Source: an uncultured Candidatus Sumerlaeota bacterium (GTDB lineage: Bacteria; Sumerlaeota; Sumerlaeia; MWCT01; JAGHBZ01). From it: DNA of 64,000 nt. The notes under the pieces were generated by a model. That model saw nothing but the letters and a program-made list of their open reading frames with translations, did not search any database and was not told the DNA's origin. How positions within the stretch are numbered: position 1 is the stretch's first letter; each line of letters opens with the position of its first letter. The position numbers were made by a program, and so were the translations under genes. Location: assembly GCA_964608095.1 (NCBI GenBank), contig CAZSMK010000068.1, positions 41,742 through 105,741 on the forward strand, read 5' to 3'. This document shows, piece after piece, positions 29,471 to 38,010 of the stretch.

Positions 29471-31125
29471 TTTCAGTCTTCATGAAAAAAAATGTCGTTA
29501 TATGGGTGTGCGTTACCCTTCTGGCGATTCTCAATTTCCCTTATTCCGTTGCCGTCTATAACCATATAGGGGAGGATGCCTTTATTACCTTCAGATATGC
29601 GGAGAATCTCGTTGAGGGAAAGGGATTTGTCTATAATCCGGGCGAACGCATCGAAGGTTACTCCAACTTTTTATGGCTTATTCTCCTCGCCTTCTTCTAC
29701 TGGTTGGGATGCAATATTATAGTGGTCTCCAGGATACTCGGCGCTGCTGCGAATTCCGCATTGATGTTCGTCGTCACCCTCGCCCTCCTGTCCCTTATTA
29801 GAACATGGCGAGGAGAAAAGAACAAACTGCATCCTCTCCTGCTTGTATTTCCTGCAATCCTCGTGTTCTTTAATCCGATGCTCCACTACCACGCTGACCG
29901 CGGTCTGGAGACCTGCTTTTACCTGTTGCTTCTCGCTCTTTCCGGATTTTTCGTAATAGAACGTAACTTCATCGCAGCGGGAGTAGGGTTTGCCGCAGTT
30001 GCTTTTACCCGTCCTGAAGGATTCTTATACGCTGGACTTGCAGGTATATTCATCATGTGGCTTCTCGTTCTCGATGTCCGCTCAACCCATAAACCATTCG
30101 ACCTTCGAGCCTTTCTCAAATTTTCTGTTCCTTTCATCGTCATTTTCGCATCGTTCCTTATATGGCGCCGTCTTTATTTCGGTTACTGGCTTCCCAATAC
30201 GGTGTATGCAAAGGTCAGCAAACTCAATTTTTACTACAGCCCGAGCACAGGACTTCTGTGGCAGTTTTTAAAATCATGGTCCTTTCTTCCCCTTGTAGCG
30301 ACGGCGGGAGCACTATTAATTGTTCTGAATGAGAAGAACTTCTTACTTCGATGGAAAATGCTCTTCCTGCTATCAATGGCGTTCTTTGTGCTTCTCTATA
30401 CAATCGGAATCGGCTATATCCTGGCTGCCCCTTTTCGCCACTATGTTCCATCGATTCCTTACTTCATTGTACTTCTGGGCTTTTGCCTGTTATATGTTCG
30501 AGAAAAGATAAAGCCTGAAACCCGAAACGTCACGATTCCGGTTCTCGTACTTATTATATGGGGTATGAACTTTTACACATATAACAACCTCGATATGCCA
30601 CGCTCGCGGTTGCATGTTCGCACCTTCGACTTCCTCCGGCAATGGGAGTTCGATGAACGGTGGCAATGGTATCGCGAGCCGCCGATATGGCTTGCGGCTG
30701 AAGCAGGCAGATGGGTTCATGAGAACCTTCCCCACAACGCCCTCCTTGCTGCCGACCAGATGGGTCAATTCGGGTATTATTCCCGTCATCACATTATTGA
30801 TACGCTGGGGTTGATGGATACCGAGATTGCCCATAAAGGCTATTCGACCGAGCTGCTGCTGCGGCGCAATCCCGATTACGTGGTCTGGTTTGGCATGAAC
30901 GGCGAGCCCGTGCTTCCCCAGTTTCAACAAACCACCGAGGCGCCGGCGTTCAAAGCACATTATAAACTCGCCTATATTTTACGCGCACGCAATGAAATCG
31001 ACCGGTCGGAATATCTTGTTTACGCCCGACGCGATCTGCTAAACGAGGAGCAGTTGACCGCACCGCCGGAGTATATACTCCTTGGCCTTGATAAGGAATC
31101 ATTCATCCAGCGATGGCGGATATAA
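29467..31125 (+). CDS. Polytopic membrane protein, GT-C-like glycosyltransferase fold (ArnT/PMT-like), function unknown
   Basis: 552 aa, about 12 TM. Acidic first-loop motif HIGEDAFITFRYAENL. The ATG at 29482 is probably the real start (TTG 29467 overlaps the comEA-like stop). Confidence 0.45.
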   Translation: MISVFMKKNVVIWVCVTLLAILNFPYSVAVYNHIGEDAFITFRYAENLVEGKGFVYNPGERIEGYSNFLWLILLAFFYWLGCNIIVVSRILGAAANSALMFVVTLALLSLIRTWRGEKNKLHPLLLVFPAILVFFNPMLHYHADRGLETCFYLLLLALSGFFVIERNFIAAGVGFAAVAFTRPEGFLYAGLAGIFIMWLLVLDVRSTHKPFDLRAFLKFSVPFIVIFASFLIWRRLYFGYWLPNTVYAKVSKLNFYYSPSTGLLWQFLKSWSFLPLVATAGALLIVLNEKNFLLRWKMLFLLSMAFFVLLYTIGIGYILAAPFRHYVPSIPYFIVLLGFCLLYVREKIKPETRNVTIPVLVLIIWGMNFYTYNNLDMPRSRLHVRTFDFLRQWEFDERWQWYREPPIWLAAEAGRWVHENLPHNALLAADQMGQFGYYSRHHIIDTLGLMDTEIAHKGYSTELLLRRNPDYVVWFGMNGEPVLPQFQQTTEAPAFKAHYKLAYILRARNEIDRSEYLVYARRDLLNEEQLTAPPEYILLGLDKESFIQRWRI

Positions 31126-31162
31126 AAAAAAGCGCCTGTCGGGCAGGCGCTCTCAATTTTTA
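31124..31162. terminator. Bidirectional intrinsic terminator between convergent genes
   Basis: A-run 31124-31130. Stem agcgcctg (31131-31138). Loop tcggg. Stem caggcgct (31144-31151). T-run 31157-31161. On the minus strand the hairpin is followed immediately by TTTTTTTT. Confidence 0.7.
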
Positions 31163-31179
31163 ATAAACCTACTCTTCTT

Positions 31180-31797
31180 TTATAGTGTCCCTAGAGGACA
31201 TATTCTTCCGTCGCCGACCTTTGGACAACGAATAATATTACCTCTGCTTACAGTTCCGTTGGTAGCATCGTATGGCAGTGTGAGTTCCAGAAGTTGACCA
31301 AGGTAGGTTTTATAGAGGAATGGCCCCGCACTCTGGTCCGGTCCATTACCCATGAGTTCCCAAGCACCATAAATTTCGTTATATACCGCAGCTCTTGCTA
31401 CAGGGTAGGTATAGGGAAAGTTACGATAACGATACCGCCGATAGTCGTGCACAGTCCAGCCGACACTATCCGGGTCGATCGAGATATCGGTATATTTCTC
31501 CTCGCGAAATGGGTCGATAATCTTTGAGTTTGAGATAAATGCTATCGGTGTGGTAATGCAGTTGGGAAGGTACCAGAAAGGACCATCGCCGGATTTTGAA
31601 CCGTCATAAGGGTATGTGTTGAACTCAACCGCATAAGACTCGAGGGCGGTTGTAATACTTCTCAGGTCCGCCTTACTACGCGAGACTTTTGATCGCACCT
31701 GGGCTTCCAAAAAGTTGGGCACGGCAATTGCCGCCAGAATGGCAATAATGGCAACAACAATCAATAACTCTATGAGGGTAAACCCTTGTTTCTTCAT
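31180..31797 (-). CDS. Prepilin-type N-terminal cleavage/methylation domain protein (second pseudopilin-like paralog)
   Basis: 205 aa. N-terminal GFTLIELLIVVAIIAILAAIAVPNFLEAQVRSKVSRSKADLRSITTALESY, nearly identical in its first 45 aa to the protein at 27956. Confidence 0.75.
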   Translation of the reverse strand: MKKQGFTLIELLIVVAIIAILAAIAVPNFLEAQVRSKVSRSKADLRSITTALESYAVEFNTYPYDGSKSGDGPFWYLPNCITTPIAFISNSKIIDPFREEKYTDISIDPDSVGWTVHDYRRYRYRNFPYTYPVARAAVYNEIYGAWELMGNGPDQSAGPFLYKTYLGQLLELTLPYDATNGTVSRGNIIRCPKVGDGRICPLGTL

Positions 31798-31799
31798 AC

Positions 31800-32669
31800 T
31801 TATCCCTCCTTTCTCTCTTGTTTTCTTATCAAAGACCTAAGCCTCGTTAAATTTTCTTTATCCCGTATTAAGCCGGTTTCTTTGGGCGTCTCAATCACCA
31901 TAGGTAAGTTGCAAAACCGCGTATCGTTCAGGAGGAATCGGAATCCTTCAATCCCGATGCGCCCTTCTCCAATATGCGCATGGCGATCAACCCTTGACCC
32001 GAGAGGAGTTTTTGAATCGTTTAAATGAACCGCAAATAATTTATCAAATGTAAGTATGTGAGAAAATGTTACCATTGTCTCACGATACCTGTCAATAGTT
32101 CTTATATCGTAACCGGCGGTAAAGATGTGACAGGTATCGAGGCAGACGCCGACTCGGGTGGTGTCGTGTACGAGATTCATGATATCGGCCAGTTCTTGAA
32201 AGTCTGAGCCGATACTGGTTCCCTGACCGGCGGTCGTCTCAAGAAGGATTTTGACGTCGGCAGTCCTCCGACAGTTAAAAATCCAGTTCAACGCGCCTGC
32301 AATCCGTCGGATTCCATACTCAAGTCCCGCCCCCTTATGGCTCCCCGGATGCACCACAATATAAGGAAGCCCCAGCTTGATACAGCGCGTATATTCTTCC
32401 AGAAGACATTCGCGTGAGCGCAAGTAGATCGCTTGGTCGGGCGCGGCAAGATTAATTAAATAACAGGCGTGGGCAAAGGCGATTGTAATAGGCGAATTCT
32501 CGAGTATCTCGCGAAATCGGGCGATTTCTGGTGTTAGCAACGGCGGGCTCTTCCACTGGACATTGCTCTTTGTAAAGATCTGAACCGCTTCGCAGCCAAG
32601 TTCCATCGCACGTTCCAGCCCCCTGCTTACACCGCCCGCAATCGACATATGTGCGCCAAGATAAGGCAT
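31800..32669 (-). CDS. nfo: Endonuclease IV (deoxyribonuclease IV)
   Basis: 289 aa. AP endonuclease family 2 motifs (GAHMSIAGG, HA.YLINLA, LETTAGQG, HLNDSK). Confidence 0.85.
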   Translation of the reverse strand: MPYLGAHMSIAGGVSRGLERAMELGCEAVQIFTKSNVQWKSPPLLTPEIARFREILENSPITIAFAHACYLINLAAPDQAIYLRSRECLLEEYTRCIKLGLPYIVVHPGSHKGAGLEYGIRRIAGALNWIFNCRRTADVKILLETTAGQGTSIGSDFQELADIMNLVHDTTRVGVCLDTCHIFTAGYDIRTIDRYRETMVTFSHILTFDKLFAVHLNDSKTPLGSRVDRHAHIGEGRIGIEGFRFLLNDTRFCNLPMVIETPKETGLIRDKENLTRLRSLIRKQERKEG

Positions 32670-32697
32670 TCAGATAAAGAACAAAGGGACGTTACGC

Positions 32698-33855
32698 CTA
32701 TTCCTCGATCAATTCAACATTTGCTCGCGGAAGGGTAAAGGATGTGCCGTCTGGCAGATTGACTGTCAACACGCGCACCTTTGCGCCTGTCTCGATCTGG
32801 TGAAGTTCCGGTGGTAGCTCGGCTATCTCGCATATTTCCCCGAAATGGGGTTCCCGAATAATGCGCACGCGTGAGCCGATCTCCAATATTCCTTTTTCTT
32901 CCTCCTCTTTCTCTTCTACCTTTGTGCTAAGTATATGGTCGAGATCGTGCGCCTTTAGATACTCGAGGTCGGGAACGATAAGTTCCGGACGCATCACACC
33001 AGCCCTGATCTGGGTTGCGCCGTTGATGGAGGCGAATTTACCCTCGCATTTCTGCAGCAACGAGAAGGTACGTTCGGCAATCGGCAACTCGCCGAATCCC
33101 TCCGTCACCACCAGCGTGGTCTTTACATCTTCTTTTCCCGTTATAGCAACGCCGAGCTCGTACCCCAGGAGATTCTTGAGGTCCATATCGTCGATACTAC
33201 CGACCACGACACCGCTTATGCCGAGTTCCTGACAGCGCTGGAAGAAGGCTTGATGTATTTTGCTCCCGGCAACGACTATCTTTCCCCGGAGTTCCTCGCT
33301 GAGGGATGAAATGTCCGCCTCTTTACCATGATCGTCGACCAGTACCTTGATAGTCCCGTAACGTTCACCGCCAATTCCCAGAATTCCCTGAATAAAGGAA
33401 CCCACTGTTATGACTCGAATACCCTCTTCTGGAATAAGTTCTTTCACATAGCCCGTAATATAGGCTTTTATTTCAACGGGGTTGGGCGGTTCGCGTAGCA
33501 TCATCTGTCCCGTAATGCTGGATACACTTTCCACGGTTCCCGTGACAGGGGACTTGACCTCAGATTTGAAAAGACCCAGGAATCCCTTCGAACGCGCCAT
33601 CACCTGTTTCTCTTTAACTTTGTCGCCTTCCTGTACCAACATGTAGCGCGGGACTTCCGCCGCTTCAACACCCAGAAGATGCGCTACGTTCAAGGGTTTG
33701 ATGTTGCCGGGAAGAAGCGTGCGCGCCACCACGTCCTCCGCTTGCACCAGCACACCTTTTTCTACCAGCACATCGCCTTTCAACGGCAGGATGCGCTCTT
33801 TTTCTATCTTTGTCCTCTGCGAAACCTTAAGCCCCGGTGTATAGGCATGTGCCAT
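32698..33855 (-). CDS. NqrA/RnfC-N-like barrel-sandwich-hybrid domain protein (orphan NqrA-like), function unknown
   Basis: 385 aa. Segment MLVQEGDKVKEKQVMARSKGFLGLFKSEVKSPVTGTV closely resembles the NqrA/RnfC_N consensus (MLVQEGD.VKKGQ...F.APASGTV). No nqrB-F or rnf genes nearby. Confidence 0.4.
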   Translation of the reverse strand: MAHAYTPGLKVSQRTKIEKERILPLKGDVLVEKGVLVQAEDVVARTLLPGNIKPLNVAHLLGVEAAEVPRYMLVQEGDKVKEKQVMARSKGFLGLFKSEVKSPVTGTVESVSSITGQMMLREPPNPVEIKAYITGYVKELIPEEGIRVITVGSFIQGILGIGGERYGTIKVLVDDHGKEADISSLSEELRGKIVVAGSKIHQAFFQRCQELGISGVVVGSIDDMDLKNLLGYELGVAITGKEDVKTTLVVTEGFGELPIAERTFSLLQKCEGKFASINGATQIRAGVMRPELIVPDLEYLKAHDLDHILSTKVEEKEEEEKGILEIGSRVRIIREPHFGEICEIAELPPELHQIETGAKVRVLTVNLPDGTSFTLPRANVELIEE

Positions 33856-34083
33856 CTCTTACCTCCCTGAAATGTAAAATGGTATCCTACCTGTTACTTC
33901 AGGTGAAGAAAAGAAAAAAAATTGTGTCATCCCGTCAAACTTAGTACAAACATTTCCGGTTAATGTGAGGGGGCTTGAGCATCAACCGTTACGAGAGGAA
34001 AGTTGACACAATCACGTTTTCCGGGTACGCTCATCTTGTTTCAATCACGTTAATCTCAAAGAATTAAATAGGACCCGATTCCA

Positions 34084-34728
34084 ATGAGCCACACTATATA
34101 CGAACTCATGCTCATGATTCCCGTGTTTCTCCTGTCAATAGTCCTGCACGAAGTGGCGCATGCGTTTTCAGCAAAACTCGGCGGTGATACGACGGCTACA
34201 TCGTTGAACCGCCTCTCACTTAATCCTATCGAGCATATCGACCCTTACGGAACCATTGTCATACCTATCATAGCCTATATCTCTAATCTTCCCCTGATCG
34301 GCTATGCAAAACCGGTACCCGTCGATCCTCGACAATTTCGCAAACCGTATTGGGACGTTATAGTCAGCCTCTCGGGACCCTTCATGAATTTTACCCTCGC
34401 AGTTGTTGCAGCCGCCCTGCTCAAGGTTCAGCGCGTGTTTTTCCCCGGGCACGTCGAACCACTCGAACAACTTTATTTATATTTCACAACCATCAATCTT
34501 ATCCTGGGGTTATTCAACTTGATTCCTATTCCGCCGCTTGACGGCTCTCATGTCCTGCGATACCTCTTGATCAAATATCAACCTTCCGCCATGCGCTATT
34601 TTCTTATCCTCGAGAGTGTCGGTTTTATCGTTTTGACTTTACTTATTTTCCTTCGTCCGACACGATATTTGTTTTCGGTCATCTATCGGGAACTCTTAAA
34701 ACTCATTTTTGCCCTATTCAACCTTTAA
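34084..34728 (+). CDS. Site-2 protease family (M50) zinc metalloprotease, small SpoIVFB-like
   Basis: 214 aa, about 6 TM. HEVAHA (HExxH) in TM1. Second motif LNLIPIPPLDGSHVL. Confidence 0.75.
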   Translation: MSHTIYELMLMIPVFLLSIVLHEVAHAFSAKLGGDTTATSLNRLSLNPIEHIDPYGTIVIPIIAYISNLPLIGYAKPVPVDPRQFRKPYWDVIVSLSGPFMNFTLAVVAAALLKVQRVFFPGHVEPLEQLYLYFTTINLILGLFNLIPIPPLDGSHVLRYLLIKYQPSAMRYFLILESVGFIVLTLLIFLRPTRYLFSVIYRELLKLIFALFNL

Positions 34729-34746
34729 AGAAAGGAACCGTAAGTA

Positions 34747-35748
34747 ATGAAGGACAAAAAACGCCTGCTGAGTGGAAACCGTCCCTCCGGACTCCTGCAC
34801 CTGGGGAATTATATCGGCGCTCTTCAGAACTGGGTAAATCTCCAGGAGAAATACGACTGTTTCTATATGGTTGCGGACTGGCATGCGCTTACGTCGGAAT
34901 ACCAGGATACCCGAGAGATCAGCTATTTTATCGAACAGATGGTAATCGACTGGCTTTCGGTCGGGCTCGATCCGAACAAAAGCACGCTCTTCATTCAATC
35001 CCATATCCTGCAACATGCGGAACTTTCGCTTCTCCTTGGTATGTTTACACCCGTGGCATGGGTTGAACGATGCCCGACCTACAAGGAGCAGCTCCAGCAG
35101 TTAGCTCATAAGGAAATAGCCACGTACGGGTTCCTGGGTTATCCGGTTCTTCAGGCGGCGGACATCGCCATTTATAAAGCGGAAGTAGTGCCCATCGGTG
35201 AAGATCAAATCCCGCACCTTGAAATGGCTCGCGAGATTGTCCGCCGGTTCAACTTCTATCATGCACCCGATACTCCCGTGCTTCCTGAACCGCAGGCGAT
35301 CCTCAGCCAGGTCCCAAGGCTGCTCGGCGTCGATGGAAGAAAGATGAGCAAGAGCTACAACAACTGCATTTATCTTTCCGATAGCGCAGATACGGTAAAA
35401 ACTAAGGTAAGCCAGATGGTCACTGATCCCGCACGAGTGAAGCGCTCTGATAAAGGACACCCGAACGTATGCAGCGTGTTCGATTATCACAAGGTGTTCA
35501 CTCCTTCACGCCGGGAAGAAATCGAGCATGCGTGCCGTGAAGCAGAGATCGGGTGTGTTGCGTGCAAGAACATTCTGGCGGATTCACTTAATAATCTGCT
35601 CGAACCGTTCAGAGAAAAACGACGCGAACTGGAAGCCAACCCGGCGCGCATTAAAGAGGTAATTACGGCCGGGGACGATCAGGCGCGTGAAGCCGCTGAA
35701 AATACTATGAAGGAAGTACGTGCTGCCCTTAAACTTTTTATGTCCTGA
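34747..35748 (+). CDS. trpS: Tryptophan--tRNA ligase
   Basis: 333 aa. Class I HIGH (GLLHLGNYIGA) and KMSKS (KMSKS present) motifs. Confidence 0.9.
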   Translation: MKDKKRLLSGNRPSGLLHLGNYIGALQNWVNLQEKYDCFYMVADWHALTSEYQDTREISYFIEQMVIDWLSVGLDPNKSTLFIQSHILQHAELSLLLGMFTPVAWVERCPTYKEQLQQLAHKEIATYGFLGYPVLQAADIAIYKAEVVPIGEDQIPHLEMAREIVRRFNFYHAPDTPVLPEPQAILSQVPRLLGVDGRKMSKSYNNCIYLSDSADTVKTKVSQMVTDPARVKRSDKGHPNVCSVFDYHKVFTPSRREEIEHACREAEIGCVACKNILADSLNNLLEPFREKRRELEANPARIKEVITAGDDQAREAAENTMKEVRAALKLFMS

Positions 35749-35773
35749 ATCCATATAATACAATCTCCATAAA

Positions 35774-36628
35774 ATGTTTAAACGACTTGTCATAATAGGT
35801 GTCGGCTTGATCGGCGGCTCGGTCGGGCTTGCTGCAAAAAGGACAAAGATTGCGGATACCGTTGTCGGCGTGGGTCGAAACCCGGAACATCTGAACCTCG
35901 CCGTCGACTGCGGCGCCATCGATTCGTTCACCACCGATGTAGCAGAAGGAGTGAAAGACGCCGATTTGATTATTCTTTGCCTTCCGGTCGAAGGAATCGT
36001 TGATTTTCTGCCGAAGGTCGCAGCGCATGCAGCGGCGGACGCTCTTGTAACCGACGTTGGAAGCACGAAAAAGATAATCGTAGAAAAAGCGGAAAGTTGT
36101 TTCGGCGAAGGCAAGGCGACCTTTATCGGCTCCCATCCCCTGACTGGCTCGGAGAAAACGGGCGTCACATTCGCTAAAGCCGACTTGTTTAAGGGTGCGA
36201 CCTGTTTTGTGACGGTCACCGACTCGACACCGCGGGAAAAACTCCAGCCGCTGGTCATGTTCTGGCGAAAACTTGGTGCGCGCCCTTTTATTCTGCGACC
36301 CGAACGGCACGATTATCTCGTAGGCACAAGCAGTCATGCCGTTCACTTAACAGCCGCAAGTCTTGTCAGGGCTGTGGGCTCTATGGGAGAAGATCCGAAC
36401 CTGCTTCGGCTGATTGTGGGAAGCGGATTCAAGGATACCACCCGGCTGGCGCTGGGCAACGTCGAGTTATGGGTTGAAATCTGCCGTCATAATGCCGCCT
36501 ATATTGCTGATGCACTGGATAAAATCCAGGGAGAACTCGGGGCGGTCAAGGACGCGCTCGCGAAGGGCGATTTTGATTTCGTCAAATCGTTTCTGGAACG
36601 CGCCCGCTCCACCCGACTCGACCTTTAA
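35774..36628 (+). CDS. tyrA: Prephenate/arogenate dehydrogenase
   Basis: 284 aa. N-terminal Rossmann motif VIIGVGLIGGSVG. PDH catalytic region (GSHPLTGSEK, H...S.H). Confidence 0.85.
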   Translation: MFKRLVIIGVGLIGGSVGLAAKRTKIADTVVGVGRNPEHLNLAVDCGAIDSFTTDVAEGVKDADLIILCLPVEGIVDFLPKVAAHAAADALVTDVGSTKKIIVEKAESCFGEGKATFIGSHPLTGSEKTGVTFAKADLFKGATCFVTVTDSTPREKLQPLVMFWRKLGARPFILRPERHDYLVGTSSHAVHLTAASLVRAVGSMGEDPNLLRLIVGSGFKDTTRLALGNVELWVEICRHNAAYIADALDKIQGELGAVKDALAKGDFDFVKSFLERARSTRLDL

Positions 36629-36808
36629 AATACCGGGGTCAGACCTTCAGTTTACAGTTTAGGTACAGACGACTTTGTGTAATTTTTTAGATGCGCCTCT
36701 TGGCGATGTAAATTGCGAAAGGATTTTTCTGGTGTATCACGTGTTCTTGTGTAAGATATTTTTATCTTTTTTCGTGGAGGCTAAAACGTGAAAATGAGGT
36801 CTGACCCC
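36629..36808 (+). repeat. Inverted-repeat-flanked ~180-bp intergenic/leader element, copy A
   Basis: Begins 1-2 nt after the tyrA stop with aataccGGGGTCAGACCTtcagtttacagtttaggta. Ends with gctaaaacgtgaaaatgAGGTCTGACCCC, which includes the GTG/ATG start of the next gene. GGGGTCAGACCT and AGGTCTGACCCC are reverse complements. Confidence 0.7.
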
Positions 36809-37819
36809 ATTTTAGCGGTCGCGGTGTTGCTATTTGTTTGCATCGTCGCCGTTGCCGCCGCTGAAGAACCGATACATATTTATGGCATTCATTCGTGGGG
36901 TTTCGGAGCAAACGGGATAATGAGCGGTAAACGCGGCTGGTCTGTCGAGGTTATCAATACCGACCCTTTTGCTTATGATCCGACGCCTTCAGATATTCAA
37001 AACGTCCGCAACGAAAATTTCGAGGTCATTATCCGCATAAACAAAATCTTCGGCGAGACGGTGCCCAAAAACTCATCCGAGTGGGATTCCTTTGCACAAC
37101 AGTGTGCGGACAAGGTAAGCCTTTACAAGGAGCATTGTCATATCTGGATCATCGGCAACGAGATGAACGCCGACTTTGAAGGTGACATACCGGTCGGCGA
37201 CTATATCGAGGTTTACACGCGCTGCCGCAACAAGATCAAACAAGTGCAGCCTCAGGCGTGCGTTCTCGTCGCAGCCCTTGCGCCCTGGAATGCCAGCCAG
37301 AGCGGCGTTGGTCCTTATCCCTCAAACCGCCAATGGCTCAACTATATGTACCAGCTCGTAAATACACTCAATGACGATACGGATGGTTACGCGATACATG
37401 CCTACGGCGGACGGGGTGGGGATTCCGACCCACGCGACGACGATGAAATGGGCTTCGGCGTGTTCAAGAAATGGATGGAAATCATTGACAACAATCCGTA
37501 TGCCGTAAGTAAACCGGTCTATCTCACCGAGATGAACCACGCCGCAGACGGGCAAGGCGCGACTCCCGGCTATCCACTCTACGATTATCCCGCCGGTTAT
37601 ATCCAGAAACTCTTCGAAGCGATTAATGACTGGAACGAGACCCACACACACATGATACAATGCGCATGCTGGTTTTCGTATGCAAACGGCGGTTTCCCCG
37701 GATATAACATTACCCTCAACTCGCAGATGCGTGATGATTTCCTCGAGACCACGAGCACGACAAATTATTACAACCGCTTGTTGAGTGTCCAACCCGCCAC
37801 ATGGCGAAGATATTTTTAA
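36788..37819 (+). CDS. Secreted glycoside hydrolase of clan GH-A (GH5-like TIM barrel)
   Basis: 343 aa. Signal peptide. NE(P/M) acid/base motif HIWIIGNEMN. H.Y (AIHAYGG). Nucleophile motif VYLTEMNH. First codons are supplied by repeat copy A. Confidence 0.6.
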   Translation: MKMRSDPILAVAVLLFVCIVAVAAAEEPIHIYGIHSWGFGANGIMSGKRGWSVEVINTDPFAYDPTPSDIQNVRNENFEVIIRINKIFGETVPKNSSEWDSFAQQCADKVSLYKEHCHIWIIGNEMNADFEGDIPVGDYIEVYTRCRNKIKQVQPQACVLVAALAPWNASQSGVGPYPSNRQWLNYMYQLVNTLNDDTDGYAIHAYGGRGGDSDPRDDDEMGFGVFKKWMEIIDNNPYAVSKPVYLTEMNHAADGQGATPGYPLYDYPAGYIQKLFEAINDWNETHTHMIQCACWFSYANGGFPGYNITLNSQMRDDFLETTSTTNYYNRLLSVQPATWRRYF

Positions 37820-38010
37820 ATACCGGGGTCAGACCTTCAGTTTACAGTTTAGGTATTGACGGTTTTGTTTAAAACCTTATTCCACACACTTCTTTTTCTT
37901 TATGAATCCTGAAAAGCATAAGAGATTTTCTTGGTGTATCGCATGTTCTTGTGTAAGGTAGTTTTTATTTTTATGGTGAATGCTAAAACGTGAAAATGAG
38001 GGTTGACCCC
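37820..38010 (+). repeat. Inverted-repeat-flanked ~190-bp intergenic/leader element, copy B
   Basis: The first 38 nt after the GH stop are identical to copy A (ataccggggtcagaccttcagtttacagtttaggta). The 3' block gctaaaacgtgaaaatgagggttgacccc is identical to copy A apart from two changes in its last 11 nt (tctgacccc vs gttgacccc). Centre is divergent but alignable (tggtgtatc.c.tgttcttgtgtaag). Confidence 0.7.
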
